DNA from: Amphiscolops sp. MND2022 | Taxonomy: Eukaryota | Direction of reading: 5' to 3' | NCBI GenBank assembly: GCA_964187785.1 | Contig: OZ076409.1 | Span: 93,746,001 to 93,810,000, forward strand | DNA length: 64,000 bases | Part shown: positions 11,238 through 22,579 of the stretch, piece by piece | How the letters are laid out: the number at the start of each line of letters is the position of its first letter | Numbering within the stretch: position 1 is the stretch's first letter | Notes under the pieces: generated by a model | What the model saw: only the letters and a program-made list of their open reading frames with translations | What the model was told of the DNA's origin: nothing | The model's database searches: none | Made by a program: the position numbers and the translations under genes

Positions 11238-13638
11238 CTGAAATCGCAGAATGCCCCGAAATCTAATTAACCCCACTCCGAAAAGATCTCTGATGAATTG
11301 AATACTTACTATGAGATTAATAAAGAAACGGAACGCATGAGAACTATGCATGCTGTTAATTTGTCATTTTTGGCTGTGTGATTTTGAATGTTTTAGAAAT
11401 CGGTCACTGAAATTCCCAATTTTAGCCCCAAATCGAAGCGGGAGACAATCAAATTTTTGACACAAATTCACGGTCAGAAAAAAGGCATTTTTTTGAAAAA
11501 AACAGCTTATAAGGCTGTTTAGCGTATGATATCAGTTAAAAACTTTTAGGAAAAATTATAGACCTTCATTCAATAGTTTTGAAATTTTTGATTATTTTTA
11601 AACAAGAAATTTCTTTGATCATCACTTTGATATGAATTGATTGTGAAAGATGGCCTAATAGCGTGTGGATACATTTAAAGCTGCAGCTTTTTGTCACCTA
11701 GAATTCTAGTACTAGGAGTAGCAGTTAAGAGGTCAAACGAAAATAACAAAAGGGTTTGAGCGATTCATGAAATTTTGATTTTTGCCGCTGCCTTTGAAAA
11801 TGTAGTTAAATGATCTTACCAAATTGAAGAGCTAAAAATGAGCGGAAACTTAAAAAAATATACAATGCTTCAGTTTTGATGATGAAAAACTTTGCTTGAG
11901 CAATTTCGGAAGCACTTATTATTTTGATGTAAGGATACTTTTAAGATGACCCTTTTAGTCAAAAGACATTCAACGGTTCAGTAATGAGTCCTACCCTTGG
12001 GTAAGTCAAACGTTCCAAGAACCTAAATCAATGAAGTTTTCTTCATTTTTTTCCATTCAGATCTTCGAAGTTTTCTCCATCAAAATCGGTGTTTCTGAGA
12101 TTCAGTCCCCTTTTGCAACAAAACGCTTCAAGTCTCAAGCGGGGCGCCGATTTCAGACGGTCCCGTCTTGTTTTTGTGATGTTGTCTTCGAAAAGATGCG
12201 TCAGTTTAAACAAATCTGTAGATTATCTATCTGTCCTAAGATACTATTGATTCTCGTAGCAGATAACTCAAAGTGGGACGAAAATAACTCAAAGTTCTTG
12301 TCATAAGATTGGCGTTCACTCAAAATCGCATCCGACATTAGTGGAAGTCTTTTACCAACTACGGAAAGCGGTACGATCATGACTAACATTTCGGTGTGAT
12401 CACGGTACGATCGCACTGCCATCTTGCAATTTGCATGGATGGTCAACCCGATTTGTTTTTTTTAAAAAATCTCTTCAACCTAGAATTTAGTCCTTGCAAA
12501 TTAGTTCAGTATTTTTTACGTGCAAACTCAAACACAAATTGAAATGAGTCCAATATTGAAATTGTTTGAAAATAGACTGTTTTTTACTCGGTTTTGAACA
12601 TTTGGAAAAAAAGAATCGATAAACTTGGACAGTTTCCACAGTCTTTTTTCCAAAGCACAAGACGAAAAAGTTTCTATCTTTCTCGTCGTATCAACCATTT
12701 CTTTGGCGCATGGGATCCTGTCACTATCACGAAAAAACAAGCCGGGACCGGCCCAATTCGGCGCCATTTCAAAGGCTCAAAAATAGCAAAAGGACTTCAA
12801 AGCGCCAAGGTATTGGTGAATTGGGGACTCTTTGATGAAAATTTTTTTCGAAACAAAGTCCCACAATTCCGAAAAAATCTGAAATAGGGACCCTTTGGGA
12901 ATTTGAACATCCATTATGTCGCAAAAAAATGAAGGGGGACCCTTTGGGAAAAAAAGTTTTTTTTTCGAAAAAAATGTCCCACAATGCCGAAAAAAACTCA
13001 ATGGCGGAAAAACCTTTTTGATTCTATTCGCTAGGCCAAGTGCTTCAATTTGACACCATGAAATTCTGTAGAACTATTTTGGTCATTTCAGGTGTATCGA
13101 AAGACAAGCCGGGACCGGCCCAAGTCGGCGCCATATCCAAGGCTCAAAATTAGCAAAAAGACTTCCAAGTGTCAATTTACAGTACTCGAAATTCGAAAAA
13201 CCAAAAAAATAGACCGAGTGGCGAGCCGGGGCCCGCTAACGCGAGCCCCTGGCGCGCTAAAAGGGAGGACACTTCCGAAATTGTCAAAATTTTTGTCGCA
13301 GTTGAAGGGGGACCTTTTGGCGAAAAAACAAATTTTCGAAAAAAAGTCTCACAATGCCGAAAAGCAGAAAGGGGAGACACTTCGGGACTTTTAAACACCC
13401 ATTCTGTTGTAAAATATCAAAGAAATTGAAGGGGGCTGTGGTAGATGCTAATCTCATGTTGACATATTACTGTAAAAAGACAATTGTGTGAAATAATGTA
13501 TTTAATAACAACCTGCCAAATACATCAAAAGTGGCAAAGTTAACACCATTGCCAGAACAGCGAAATTCATACATTCAATACAGTCTTGCATACTCAATCC
13601 TTTTCTACACGAATTGCAGAATTACGCAGGTCCACAAC

Positions 13639-16600
13639 ATGGCGCTGCGAGCAGAAGAAGATAGCTCGAATTCACCACTCCCAGGTGTAACGTACTTCTG
13701 GCAAGATGCTGATAAACCTCCCAGCTATGATTGGGAACAGTGGAGACAATTATTCGAAGTCGCCGTATTAGCCAGACACTCCATTTCCATTACGGAACTT
13801 CTTCGGGTGGCAGATCAGCAAAATCCCAGACAAGCAGCATTGATGGGAAACCTAGAAGAAAATCACGCAAAAAGAAAAGTAGTTAGTCTTCTTTACATTT
13901 CAATTGGAAAGACGGGGCGAAAAATGTTGATGGATAAGTTTCCACAGATCAATATCCTTACAATCCAACTACAAGATATTGCCCAAAATTGCGAAGAGTG
14001 CTTTCAAGTTCGACGAAACCGTACTTTAGATAGACACACATTTCTTTCTCGAAAACAGAAACCGAATGAAACCTTACATCAATTCTGGAACATATTGAAC
14101 GGACTCGCGGCAAAGTGCGATTTTGGGAATCAAACTGAGGGGCTTGTTTACGATATATTTGTTTTAAATATGGCAAACAAGCAGGTGCAAGAAAAACTTT
14201 GCACCGAGCCTAAAGATAACCCAGCGGATGCCCTTCAATTTGCAATTGCTTTCGAAGATGGCCTAAAAAGGCAAAGAACTTACGGGTATATCAACCAGGA
14301 GACAAAGATAAAAGAAGAACCGGTCTGCTCGGTGAGTGGGGCCAAACAAAACAATCGAGAATGTTGGAGATGTGGTGCTGCAAATTTCACGTTAGACCAT
14401 CTGAATCGTTGCAAAGCCCCCAATTCAATGTGCAACTACTGTGGCAAGAAGGGGCATCTGGAAAAAGTATGCAACCAAAAGAAAAGTGATAACAATCAAA
14501 ATTTTGGCAAAAATCGTGGTTTTGCCAAAAGGGTGCAACTTGTCGATCAAGAAGAGAACGACGATGAGGAGGGAAATTACATGGTTCTGAATATTGAAGG
14601 AAACGACAACAACACTAAACCCTACTACATGGAAGGCTTCATAAATGGAAACCGTTTCAAGACCATGATTGATACCGGGTCACCGGTCACAATCTACGCA
14701 CTGGACGAAATAAAGAAAATCATGAAAAGAGAAAAGTTACCAGTTCGAGAAATGGTGGAGAATGAGCGGTACGTTGACTTCAATGGCAAGCCACTTCATC
14801 TGCTGGGATATGTGTTCTGTGAGCTCCAAGTAAATGACAGCTATGTAAAGAAGGCCAGAATCCTGATAGCTAAGAAAGGCACGAAATCAATTATCGGCAG
14901 AGAATGGCTATCCACGCTAAATTACCAAGTTGCTCCAGAACAAAAAGGTGAGTTTGAGGTTAATTCTATAGAAAAGGACCAAGAACTAAGCGTAGAAACT
15001 AAGCAATTCGTGAAAGAATTTCCAAAACTGTTCGAACGACGCGGAAAAGTAACCAACCATAAAGTAAAAATCAACTTCAAAGCAGATGCAAAAATTACTC
15101 AGCAAAAAGGGAGACGAATCCCAATTCAACTACAAAAGGCCGTAGACAAAGAAATTGGCAGGTTATTAAAGGAAGGCCATATCGAAAAAATTAACGAAAT
15201 AAAAGACGATGTATTTATACAGCCGACAGTAATAACAGTAAAAAAGGATCGTTCAGTAAAAATTGCGTTAGATGCAAGAGCACTTAACCAAGCCATAGAC
15301 AAGGACAAATATCAAATGCCCAATGTGGAAAATTTGCTAGACATGGTGGCAGAAAAGCTTGATGTAGAAACAGGAGAGGCATGGTTTTCATCAGTTGATA
15401 TGACCTATGCGTATGGTCAAGTACCCTTGCATATTTCAACGGCAAAGCATTGTAACTTTCAAATAATTGGAGGAGAATCAACGGGAACATATAGATTCGT
15501 ATCAGGTTTTTACGGTCTGTCGGTTATGCCTACAGAATTTCAAAAAGTAATGGACTCATTATTAGCAAAATTTAGAGAAGTATTTGTATTCATAGACGAT
15601 ATTTTAATAGTAACCAAGGGAACAAAGAATGAACATTTAGACAAAGTGCGGGAAATTCTAAAAACACTCGATAACGCTGAACTGCAATTAAAAGCGGGAA
15701 AATGTAAAATAGCACAAAGCGAAATTGAATGGCTTGGTTTCAAAATGACAAAAGACGGAATTTCGCCTGTAAATACAAAAGTACAAGCAATCACAGAAAA
15801 ACTGCGACCTGAGAATTTAAAAGAATTGAGATCCTTCTTGGGGGCAGTAAATCAATTCAACAAATTTATTCCGGACCTTGCATCAATTTGTTTTCCATTT
15901 AGATCAATTCTTAAAAAAGATGCAACGTGGAAATGGACGCCAGAACATGAAACGGCATTTATTCGTGTAAATAATGAAGTAAAGAAAGCAGCTGAATTGA
16001 CACATTTCAAAAGAAATAAACCTTTACGAATAATCTGCGATGCAAGCAAACAAGGACTAGGGGCGGTCCTGCAACAATGCGAGGAAAGCGAATGGAAACC
16101 CATTTCTTATGCATCTAGATTTTTAACGGAATTAGAATCAAAGTACTCAATAAACGAATTAGAATTATTAGCAGTAGTGTGGTCAGTTGAACATTTTAAA
16201 AATTACGTGTATGGGGTTCCATTCGGCATAGTTTCAGATCATAAAGCTCTACAAAGTGTTCTAAAGTCAAATAAAGGGAACAAAACGTACTCGAGCAGAT
16301 TGACAAGATGGGTCGATAGACTTTTGCCATTTGATTTTTCAATTGTACATACACCCGGACGAACGTTAGGAATGGCAGATTACCTATCAAGGCACCCATC
16401 TAATTATGAAGGCGCATCAATTCAAGCTGAGAAACTTTTTAATGATTGGTTTACGGTAAACGTAGTGAAGGACGTCACGCCAAAAGTGAAAGGATTGGAG
16501 AATTGGCGACAACCAATCAGATCGCGAGAACGTGAGAATTCTGAGCGAACGAATGTAAATAGTGTATTGACAGTGCACGCGCCTATGCAAACAAATAAAG

Positions 16601-18276
16601 AAAGCATAGAAATTGTTAATCCGCAAAACAGCGACGAAATGGCGTTTAACTCTGAAAAGCCAGTTTCTAAAATAAGTGACGTTTACATCCAAGCAAACGC
16701 CGAAGAAGACCGAATGATCCAAAAGGTCAAAAGCTTAATCCAAAACAAAAATAACGCAATAATTGCTCGACTTCCCCCTCCTTGGAGGGAAAAATTTAAT
16801 TCATTTTCCGTTAGCGACAATGGGTTACTTTATATGGACAACCGTTTAGTGATCCCCAAAAACATGCGCGAAAATGTCCTCAGAGCTATTCACTTCGGAC
16901 ATGCGGGACGAGACGCTATGCTAAAAGAAGCGGCGGATGTATGGTGGCCCCGCGTCCACAGAGAAGTCGTGGAAAAAGCAAAAAATTGCCCGCAATGCCA
17001 ACTAGCAGGTAAGAACTTAAAATGCATAAAATCACAAAATGAATTTGGAAAAATTCCCGAATCAACCGAACCGAACGAAGAAATTGCGCTAGATTTCGCG
17101 GGACCCTTTCAAAATGCAAACCAAAAGAAAAAGTACTTGCTTGTGTCTGTAGATAATCACTCAGGATGGCCGGATGCGCTATTTTTGCCAAATCCAACCA
17201 CTGAAAAAGTTATTGAATTTTTGTCAGAATATATAGCTGCAAATGGAATACCAAAAAGAATCCGAACTGACCCCGGAACCGTTTTCAAAAGTGAGAAGTT
17301 TAAACAATTTTGCACAAAACATTTTATCGATCATACGGTATGTCCGGTTAGAGACCATCGGGGAAATGGAAAAGTAGAACGGATGATTCGCACAATTAAT
17401 GAGAGATTGAGAACAAACAAAGAAATCATAATTTCTAAAGAAAAGGAAGGTCTGCCAAGAATACTATTTGCTTTAAGATCAGAAAAAGGCTCGGATGGAA
17501 AATCCGCATTTGAAAAACATATCGGGAGAAAACCGAATACGCCGAAATCTCGCTTAATTGAAAAATGTATTTTAGAGAAAGACCCAGCCATAGAGATCGA
17601 GCCCGAGGATTTTAGCGAAGAGGCAGACTCTACCATCTTCGTGAGGGAAAGAGTTCGAGGCTCAAAGCTAGAAAGCGCATTTAAAAGAGTGAGAGGGCAA
17701 ATAGTGAGGCAATCTGAAAACACAGTAACAGTGGTACCCAAAACAAATAACAAAGAAGTAACTTACTCCAAACGAGATGTAGCGTCAAGCTCTAAAACAA
17801 TCAGCAAAGACAAGAAGCCAAAGCAAAAGAAATTTGAGAAAGGTACCAAAATGCCAAAAACAAGTGATATGCCAAATAAGTCCGAAAAGGCACAACTAAA
17901 GAGAAAACTAATTGAAAGCGACTCGGAGTCAGAAGACATCGGACAACCCCCCAACCCAGAACTGTACATAGCCCCAATTCCAGCAGGAAAGCAAACTGAC
18001 GAAAAAAGTCAGCAACAAATCGAGATAAAGGAAGACGCGGACTGCAGTGAAAACCCAGAAGACCAAAATACAGCCATTGAAGAAAAAGACGAAACTCAAA
18101 AAGTCCCAATATCGGGAACGGTGAAATGGGAAAAGGCTAGAAGTTCATCTCGCGTTTCCAAAAAGCCAGATAGATGGGGTCACAACATAATGGTGACTAA
18201 AATTGAAGCAATGTCAAGTGCCGAAGAAGAAAGTCTCCCAATTGTATTCGAAATCAAAAACCCGAATACAAATTAA
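13639..18276 (+). CDS. Gag-Pol polyprotein (1545 aa): two Zn knuckles, aspartic protease, RT, RNase H, integrase
   Basis: CWRCG..H...C and CNYCGKKGHLEKVC; IDTGS; FIDD; CDASKQGLGAVL, ELELLA, SDHKAL; HFGH..CPQC; LDFAGP/TDPG/NGKVER; domain order PR-RT-RH-IN. Confidence 0.96.
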   Translation: MALRAEEDSSNSPLPGVTYFWQDADKPPSYDWEQWRQLFEVAVLARHSISITELLRVADQQNPRQAALMGNLEENHAKRKVVSLLYISIGKTGRKMLMDKFPQINILTIQLQDIAQNCEECFQVRRNRTLDRHTFLSRKQKPNETLHQFWNILNGLAAKCDFGNQTEGLVYDIFVLNMANKQVQEKLCTEPKDNPADALQFAIAFEDGLKRQRTYGYINQETKIKEEPVCSVSGAKQNNRECWRCGAANFTLDHLNRCKAPNSMCNYCGKKGHLEKVCNQKKSDNNQNFGKNRGFAKRVQLVDQEENDDEEGNYMVLNIEGNDNNTKPYYMEGFINGNRFKTMIDTGSPVTIYALDEIKKIMKREKLPVREMVENERYVDFNGKPLHLLGYVFCELQVNDSYVKKARILIAKKGTKSIIGREWLSTLNYQVAPEQKGEFEVNSIEKDQELSVETKQFVKEFPKLFERRGKVTNHKVKINFKADAKITQQKGRRIPIQLQKAVDKEIGRLLKEGHIEKINEIKDDVFIQPTVITVKKDRSVKIALDARALNQAIDKDKYQMPNVENLLDMVAEKLDVETGEAWFSSVDMTYAYGQVPLHISTAKHCNFQIIGGESTGTYRFVSGFYGLSVMPTEFQKVMDSLLAKFREVFVFIDDILIVTKGTKNEHLDKVREILKTLDNAELQLKAGKCKIAQSEIEWLGFKMTKDGISPVNTKVQAITEKLRPENLKELRSFLGAVNQFNKFIPDLASICFPFRSILKKDATWKWTPEHETAFIRVNNEVKKAAELTHFKRNKPLRIICDASKQGLGAVLQQCEESEWKPISYASRFLTELESKYSINELELLAVVWSVEHFKNYVYGVPFGIVSDHKALQSVLKSNKGNKTYSSRLTRWVDRLLPFDFSIVHTPGRTLGMADYLSRHPSNYEGASIQAEKLFNDWFTVNVVKDVTPKVKGLENWRQPIRSRERENSERTNVNSVLTVHAPMQTNKESIEIVNPQNSDEMAFNSEKPVSKISDVYIQANAEEDRMIQKVKSLIQNKNNAIIARLPPPWREKFNSFSVSDNGLLYMDNRLVIPKNMRENVLRAIHFGHAGRDAMLKEAADVWWPRVHREVVEKAKNCPQCQLAGKNLKCIKSQNEFGKIPESTEPNEEIALDFAGPFQNANQKKKYLLVSVDNHSGWPDALFLPNPTTEKVIEFLSEYIAANGIPKRIRTDPGTVFKSEKFKQFCTKHFIDHTVCPVRDHRGNGKVERMIRTINERLRTNKEIIISKEKEGLPRILFALRSEKGSDGKSAFEKHIGRKPNTPKSRLIEKCILEKDPAIEIEPEDFSEEADSTIFVRERVRGSKLESAFKRVRGQIVRQSENTVTVVPKTNNKEVTYSKRDVASSSKTISKDKKPKQKKFEKGTKMPKTSDMPNKSEKAQLKRKLIESDSESEDIGQPPNPELYIAPIPAGKQTDEKSQQQIEIKEDADCSENPEDQNTAIEEKDETQKVPISGTVKWEKARSSSRVSKKPDRWGHNIMVTKIEAMSSAEEESLPIVFEIKNPNTN
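13640..13654 (+). promoter_or_regulatory. Primer binding site, probably tRNA-Ser
   Basis: TGGCGCTGCGAGCAG directly after the 5' LTR; its complement CTGCTCGCAGCGCCA resembles tRNA-Ser 3' ends. Confidence 0.75.
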
Positions 18277-19219
18277 CAAACCCCACATGTCAAACTTTTA
18301 AAAAACTGTGACACTTAATTGATGTCAACTTGTGTTACCTGTGTTACGTTGATTTGTAACCTTAGTATGCCGTATTTATAACAATACATACATACATGTG
18401 AGTTATTAATTTTAGTTAAATTGAAAGCAGTATGCAATTCTTGCAATGAATCGATGCAGTAAAATTGTGTTAATCTTGTTCTAACAAATTGTCTCGACTT
18501 TGATATTAAAAACCCCTAACTACCTTGAACGCTATAAATTAAAAAAGGGGAGTGTGGTAGATGCTAATCTCATGTTGACATATTACTGTAAAAAGACAAT
18601 TGTGTGAAATAATGTATTTAATAACAACCTGCCAAATACATCAAAAGTGGCAAAGTTAACACCATTGCCAGAACAGCGAAATTCATACATTCAATACAGT
18701 CTTGCATACTCAATCCTTTTCTACACGAATTGCAGAATTACGCAGGTCCACAACAGGGGCCCTTTGGAGAGGAAAAAAAATTAGAAAAAAAATCTCACAA
18801 TGCCGAAAAAAAACTGAAAGGGGGGACCCTTTGGGATTTTTCAACATCCATTATGTCGCAAAACAGCCAAAAAATTGAAGGAGGACCCTTTGGGGAAAAG
18901 AATTTTCCAAAAAAGTCTCGCAGTGCCGAAAAAAAATTGAAAGGGGGGACCCTTTGGTCTCGCCCGGTATGGTATGTTACGCGGGAAAACAGGAAAAACC
19001 TTTTTGGTTCAGTTCGCTAGGCCAAATGGTGCAATTTGGTGCAATAATATTTTGTTGAAGAAAAGAAAAAAAAGAGTCACTATAGTAGTCGCATTTCACT
19101 TCATGAAGCGCCGACTAAAAACACTGACGAAAGGCCATGACTATAGTCGACTCTTTTCTCAAAAAAGCGCTGACTGAAAACATGTATAAACTTATTTATA
19201 GTTGTATCTATATACTTAC

Positions 19220-19376
19220 GCTCTCCTCGGTGGGTTCTCCGTCCTTGTGAACAATTTCCACAATCTCGTACTCGTGAGCGGGGTCACCTCTGAAGCGACC
19301 TCTGACCTTGGATGCAGTCTCCATCAGTTTCTCAGTGACCTCTATCGTCAGGTTGCTCCAGTCCATGCAATTCAGG
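19220..19376 (-). CDS. RSPH9: RSPH9 coding exon 2: (S)LNCMDWSNLTIEVTEKLMETASKVRGRFRGDPAHEYEIVEIVHKDGEPTEES
   Basis: tttcAG acceptor, GTaagt donor, 157 nt, phase 2-0; SLNC..W and GRFxGDP..EYE motifs. Confidence 0.95.
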
Positions 19377-22352
19377 CTGAAAAGAGTTCAGCGGAGAAGA
19401 TTACGTAACAAAGTTTATCTAAAACCAGATTATTGGAGTGTGGGCAAATACTGCAGTTGCACTCTGGAAGTATTTTTTAAAAGGTTCTGTCTTGAAAAAG
19501 TTGAAGTTTTCGATGACGAATAGGCACAGCCAATGTAATCAATTTTGCTTTAAACAACTCGACAAATTCCCTTTAAAAGTAAGCGATTTTGTTCTTACGT
19601 GGTCGGAAAAGCTATTCTTCTTCTGTCAATTCTCACTATTTTTTCAACTTGAGGCCCGGACTGGCAATACAAGCCCTCTATGCTTACCAGTGGAACAACG
19701 ATAAACAATTTAGATAAGTCCGTTATATTTTCCAACATTTTTTACACCCGCAAGGCAAAAAATATGGAAAAAAATCAAACCCAGAGGTTCGGAGATACCA
19801 TTTTTGGCTTTATGATTGTTTACAATTTCTCATGGCATTACATGATCTCTCGGCTAACATCAAAGACCGAATTTGCCAATATTTTGGACCCAAGTAGCAA
19901 AAATTGGAGATACAACTGGGAAAGATTTAAGCAATTAATTAAACACAAAATTAAACATTTTTTTAAAAAGTATCAGTGTAATTACATTCGCTAACATCAG
20001 TGTTAAAATTTCGGATACCACATCGGTGGTTCACCAATGAAACTTCGTTGCAACATCGGCGACCGTTGGAAAAAGACTGATTCTCAGCACGGATTAGGGC
20101 AATTAGAAAAAGAAATATGCCCCGAAACAGTCAACTTTCTGTCACTTATTTTCCGGGTAAATTCCACGTCTTCATTTTATACTACGTAGTATAAAATGAA
20201 GACGTGGAATTTACCGTACGGAAAAACAATGCACTAAGTGATTTTTTTTAGCCGCTTATTAAATTATCACAAAAACGAAAAAATAGAAAATTAATGCAAG
20301 TGAAACATGATACACATACCATGCAACAGAATGCCTTTAAACTATGGTCTCTACACAAAATGTTTTTTATACTCGTTTCCTTACTAAAGATACATTTATA
20401 TTTTAGGAAATCTATTTTTGTCATTCTTGATTGAATGAAATAAGAGCCAGACAACCAACGCTTTCCTCTTCATACCAAGAAGAAGAACTCCTGACGAATA
20501 TTTTTATCGGGGAACTAAAAACGGAAGCTGAAAGCTGAATATGTCAATCAGAACTTTGAAGCTCCTCGTGAAATTTCATTCAAGTCTGCAAAAAAAATCC
20601 TGCTCAAACAAAACTGACTCGATGTTTGAACTTCAGCAAAGCGCTAATCGTGCAGCAGAAACAAATTTTAAACAAATGTCATTTTTTGAAAACTGAGTCC
20701 ACGCTTTATAAAATCATGGAATCCTATTAAAGATTATAAAATTATTGTCAGCTTAAAGAAACTAAACAGTTTCCCATGACGACCATCATGACTGGTTCTC
20801 GGCATTTCATTCATGATCATGGCATTACTTCCGATTTCATGGATAATTCAACGGACGTCAATTTAGTTTCATGGGATAAGTATTTGTAGAGATTTTCGGA
20901 ATATTTTAATTGAACCCAAGGGCCCTAGAATGAACCAAAATGACCTCAAAACAGACAAATTTTTCCATAAATTTCCAATTTTTAACACTTTTCAAGCAAT
21001 TATTTTTCAAGGAGATAAATGCAGCTTTGCAATAACAAATTTTAAAAAATTGCCACAAAATGTCCTCGAAATAGTCAAAAACTCAAAAAATACAATTTTT
21101 TAAGTTTTAACACAATTTTGTGGAACTTTCAAAACTTTTGTGAACAAGAACGTTAAAACTATTCAACAACAATTGAAATTGTTGACAAGGGTCCTTTTCG
21201 TGGGGATAAATACATTTCCGGCAAAAACTTGCCTTAATTTGACTCCGATAAACTTTATAACGTTTTCATGCAAAATATTTAACGTTTTTATGCAAAGTTT
21301 GTGCAATTTTCAAAACGTTTCGAGGGTTACAATGTTAGAAAAGCTCAACAACGATTGCAGCTGTTATCCAGTTGGCTTTTTTGACTGGATTTATGTACGG
21401 AAAAAGAAACAAATTAACCCGGAAAAAGTCAAAAACTAAAACTAGGAACTTTTCCTATGTTTCACTCTTTTAGTTCACAACGTTTCGTGGATTAGATGGT
21501 TCTAAATGCTCCAGAAGATTTATTGAGCGATACAAAAACTCCTCTTAATTGAAATCGTCAGAGCTTTTAAGGTAAAATAAAACCTCATTTCCGCATTTCA
21601 ATTTTTTGGAGTTTCGAAAGGAAACATTCAACAGCAAAAAAATGCGTTAACAGGTAAGCGTTTTGGAAGCGTTTCACGTCAAAAAAACCTCACATTGACC
21701 CCAAAAAAGTATAAAAACTCAAAGTTTTTTCATATGATTCGCAAACCTCCCATTTTTTGTTTACTTCATGACTTTATTCCAATTAGAAAATGGACAAAAT
21801 TGTTAGCGAAAACGTTCGAAATACTATTAGACTCTTTTTGCAATGTTCTAGTCAATATGTTTCGGATGAAATAACTAACTGTGAAGTACGCCACTTGAAG
21901 GAAAAGTTTGCACCTTTCTAGGTAGAATAAAAACCGCAGATTGATTCAAGATTTCATTATTTTTGATGTATGATCATTGACCAAGTGGAATCAGCCATGG
22001 AATCATGCATCTCTTTCCATGATTATGAAATGATTCTCGGCATGGCAAACTCATGAGTCATAGATGAATCACGGCTGTGAAGCCATAATCTGGAAAAATG
22101 GGTCCTCCGCTTAGGCGAAAGAGTTTTCCAGAGTTTGAACTCAATTAATGCTTATATTCAAATTTCACTGGAAACATCTTTAATTTTAAAACTAATTTCT
22201 GGGAAAAATCGAACACCTTTCTGTTTGTATGAAAATTATCAAATTATTTCAAATTATATTGCAGCAGTAATGAATAATGTTGATAATAACAATTCTCAGA
22301 GAGTATATTTCTCAATGTCGAATGACAATTATCATTGAAAGATCTATCTAAC

Positions 22353-22579
22353 CTGTATAGTGTTTTTCTGTTCTTCAGGAAGTCATCTGTGATCCCTTGC
22401 ACGATGTAGTAATCTTCTTTGAACCCCAAGATCTTGCCCCAGAAAAAGATCTTTCTAAAGTTGTTTTTCTGTTTGACAGAAGCCAGTGAAACTTGAAGGG
22501 CTGTTTTTTGCTCCGTGCTAAGGACGATGCCGCTACTTCCGACGTAGCTGATTTCTAGGTGCAGATTATCGGAATCCAT
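22353..22579 (-). CDS. RSPH9: RSPH9 coding exon 1: MDSDNLHLEISYVGSSGIVLSTEQKTALQVSL...FWGKILGFKEDYYIVQG...RKTLY
   Basis: ATG at 22579, GTtaga donor, 227 nt; FWGKI.G...DYYI.QG motif; spliced CDS 227+157+130+147+161 = 822 nt = 273 aa plus stop. Confidence 0.95.

Larger units (their letters stand above)
13437..18755 (+). mobile_element. Intact Ty3/Gypsy LTR retrotransposon, Mag-like
   Basis: 203-bp LTRs 13437-13639 and 18553-18755 (TG...CA), identical by eye; 5-bp TSD GGGGC (13432-13436, 18756-18760); PBS TGGCGCTGCGAGCAG at 13640; PPT AAAAAAGGGGAG at 18541-18552; single ORF. Confidence 0.97.
13104..19121 (-). mobile_element. HINE-like family 1 inner copy (B), interrupted by the Gypsy element
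   Basis: acaagccgggaccggcccaagtcggcgcc at 13104; gcgccgactaaaaa at 19108-19121; gggggacccttt/tctcacaatgccgaaa units on both sides of the Gypsy insert. Confidence 0.75.
12737..19180 (-). mobile_element. HINE-like family 1 outer copy (A), interrupted at 13103/19122 by copy B
   Basis: Hairpin end acaagccgggaccggc..tcggcgcc at 12737; second subTIR end gcgctgactgaaaa at 19167-19180. Confidence 0.7.

Noticed and set aside
13531..13638. N-terminal extension of the 1581-aa ORF in the track
   Set aside because: Starts at a GTG inside the 5' LTR; the first ATG is at 13639
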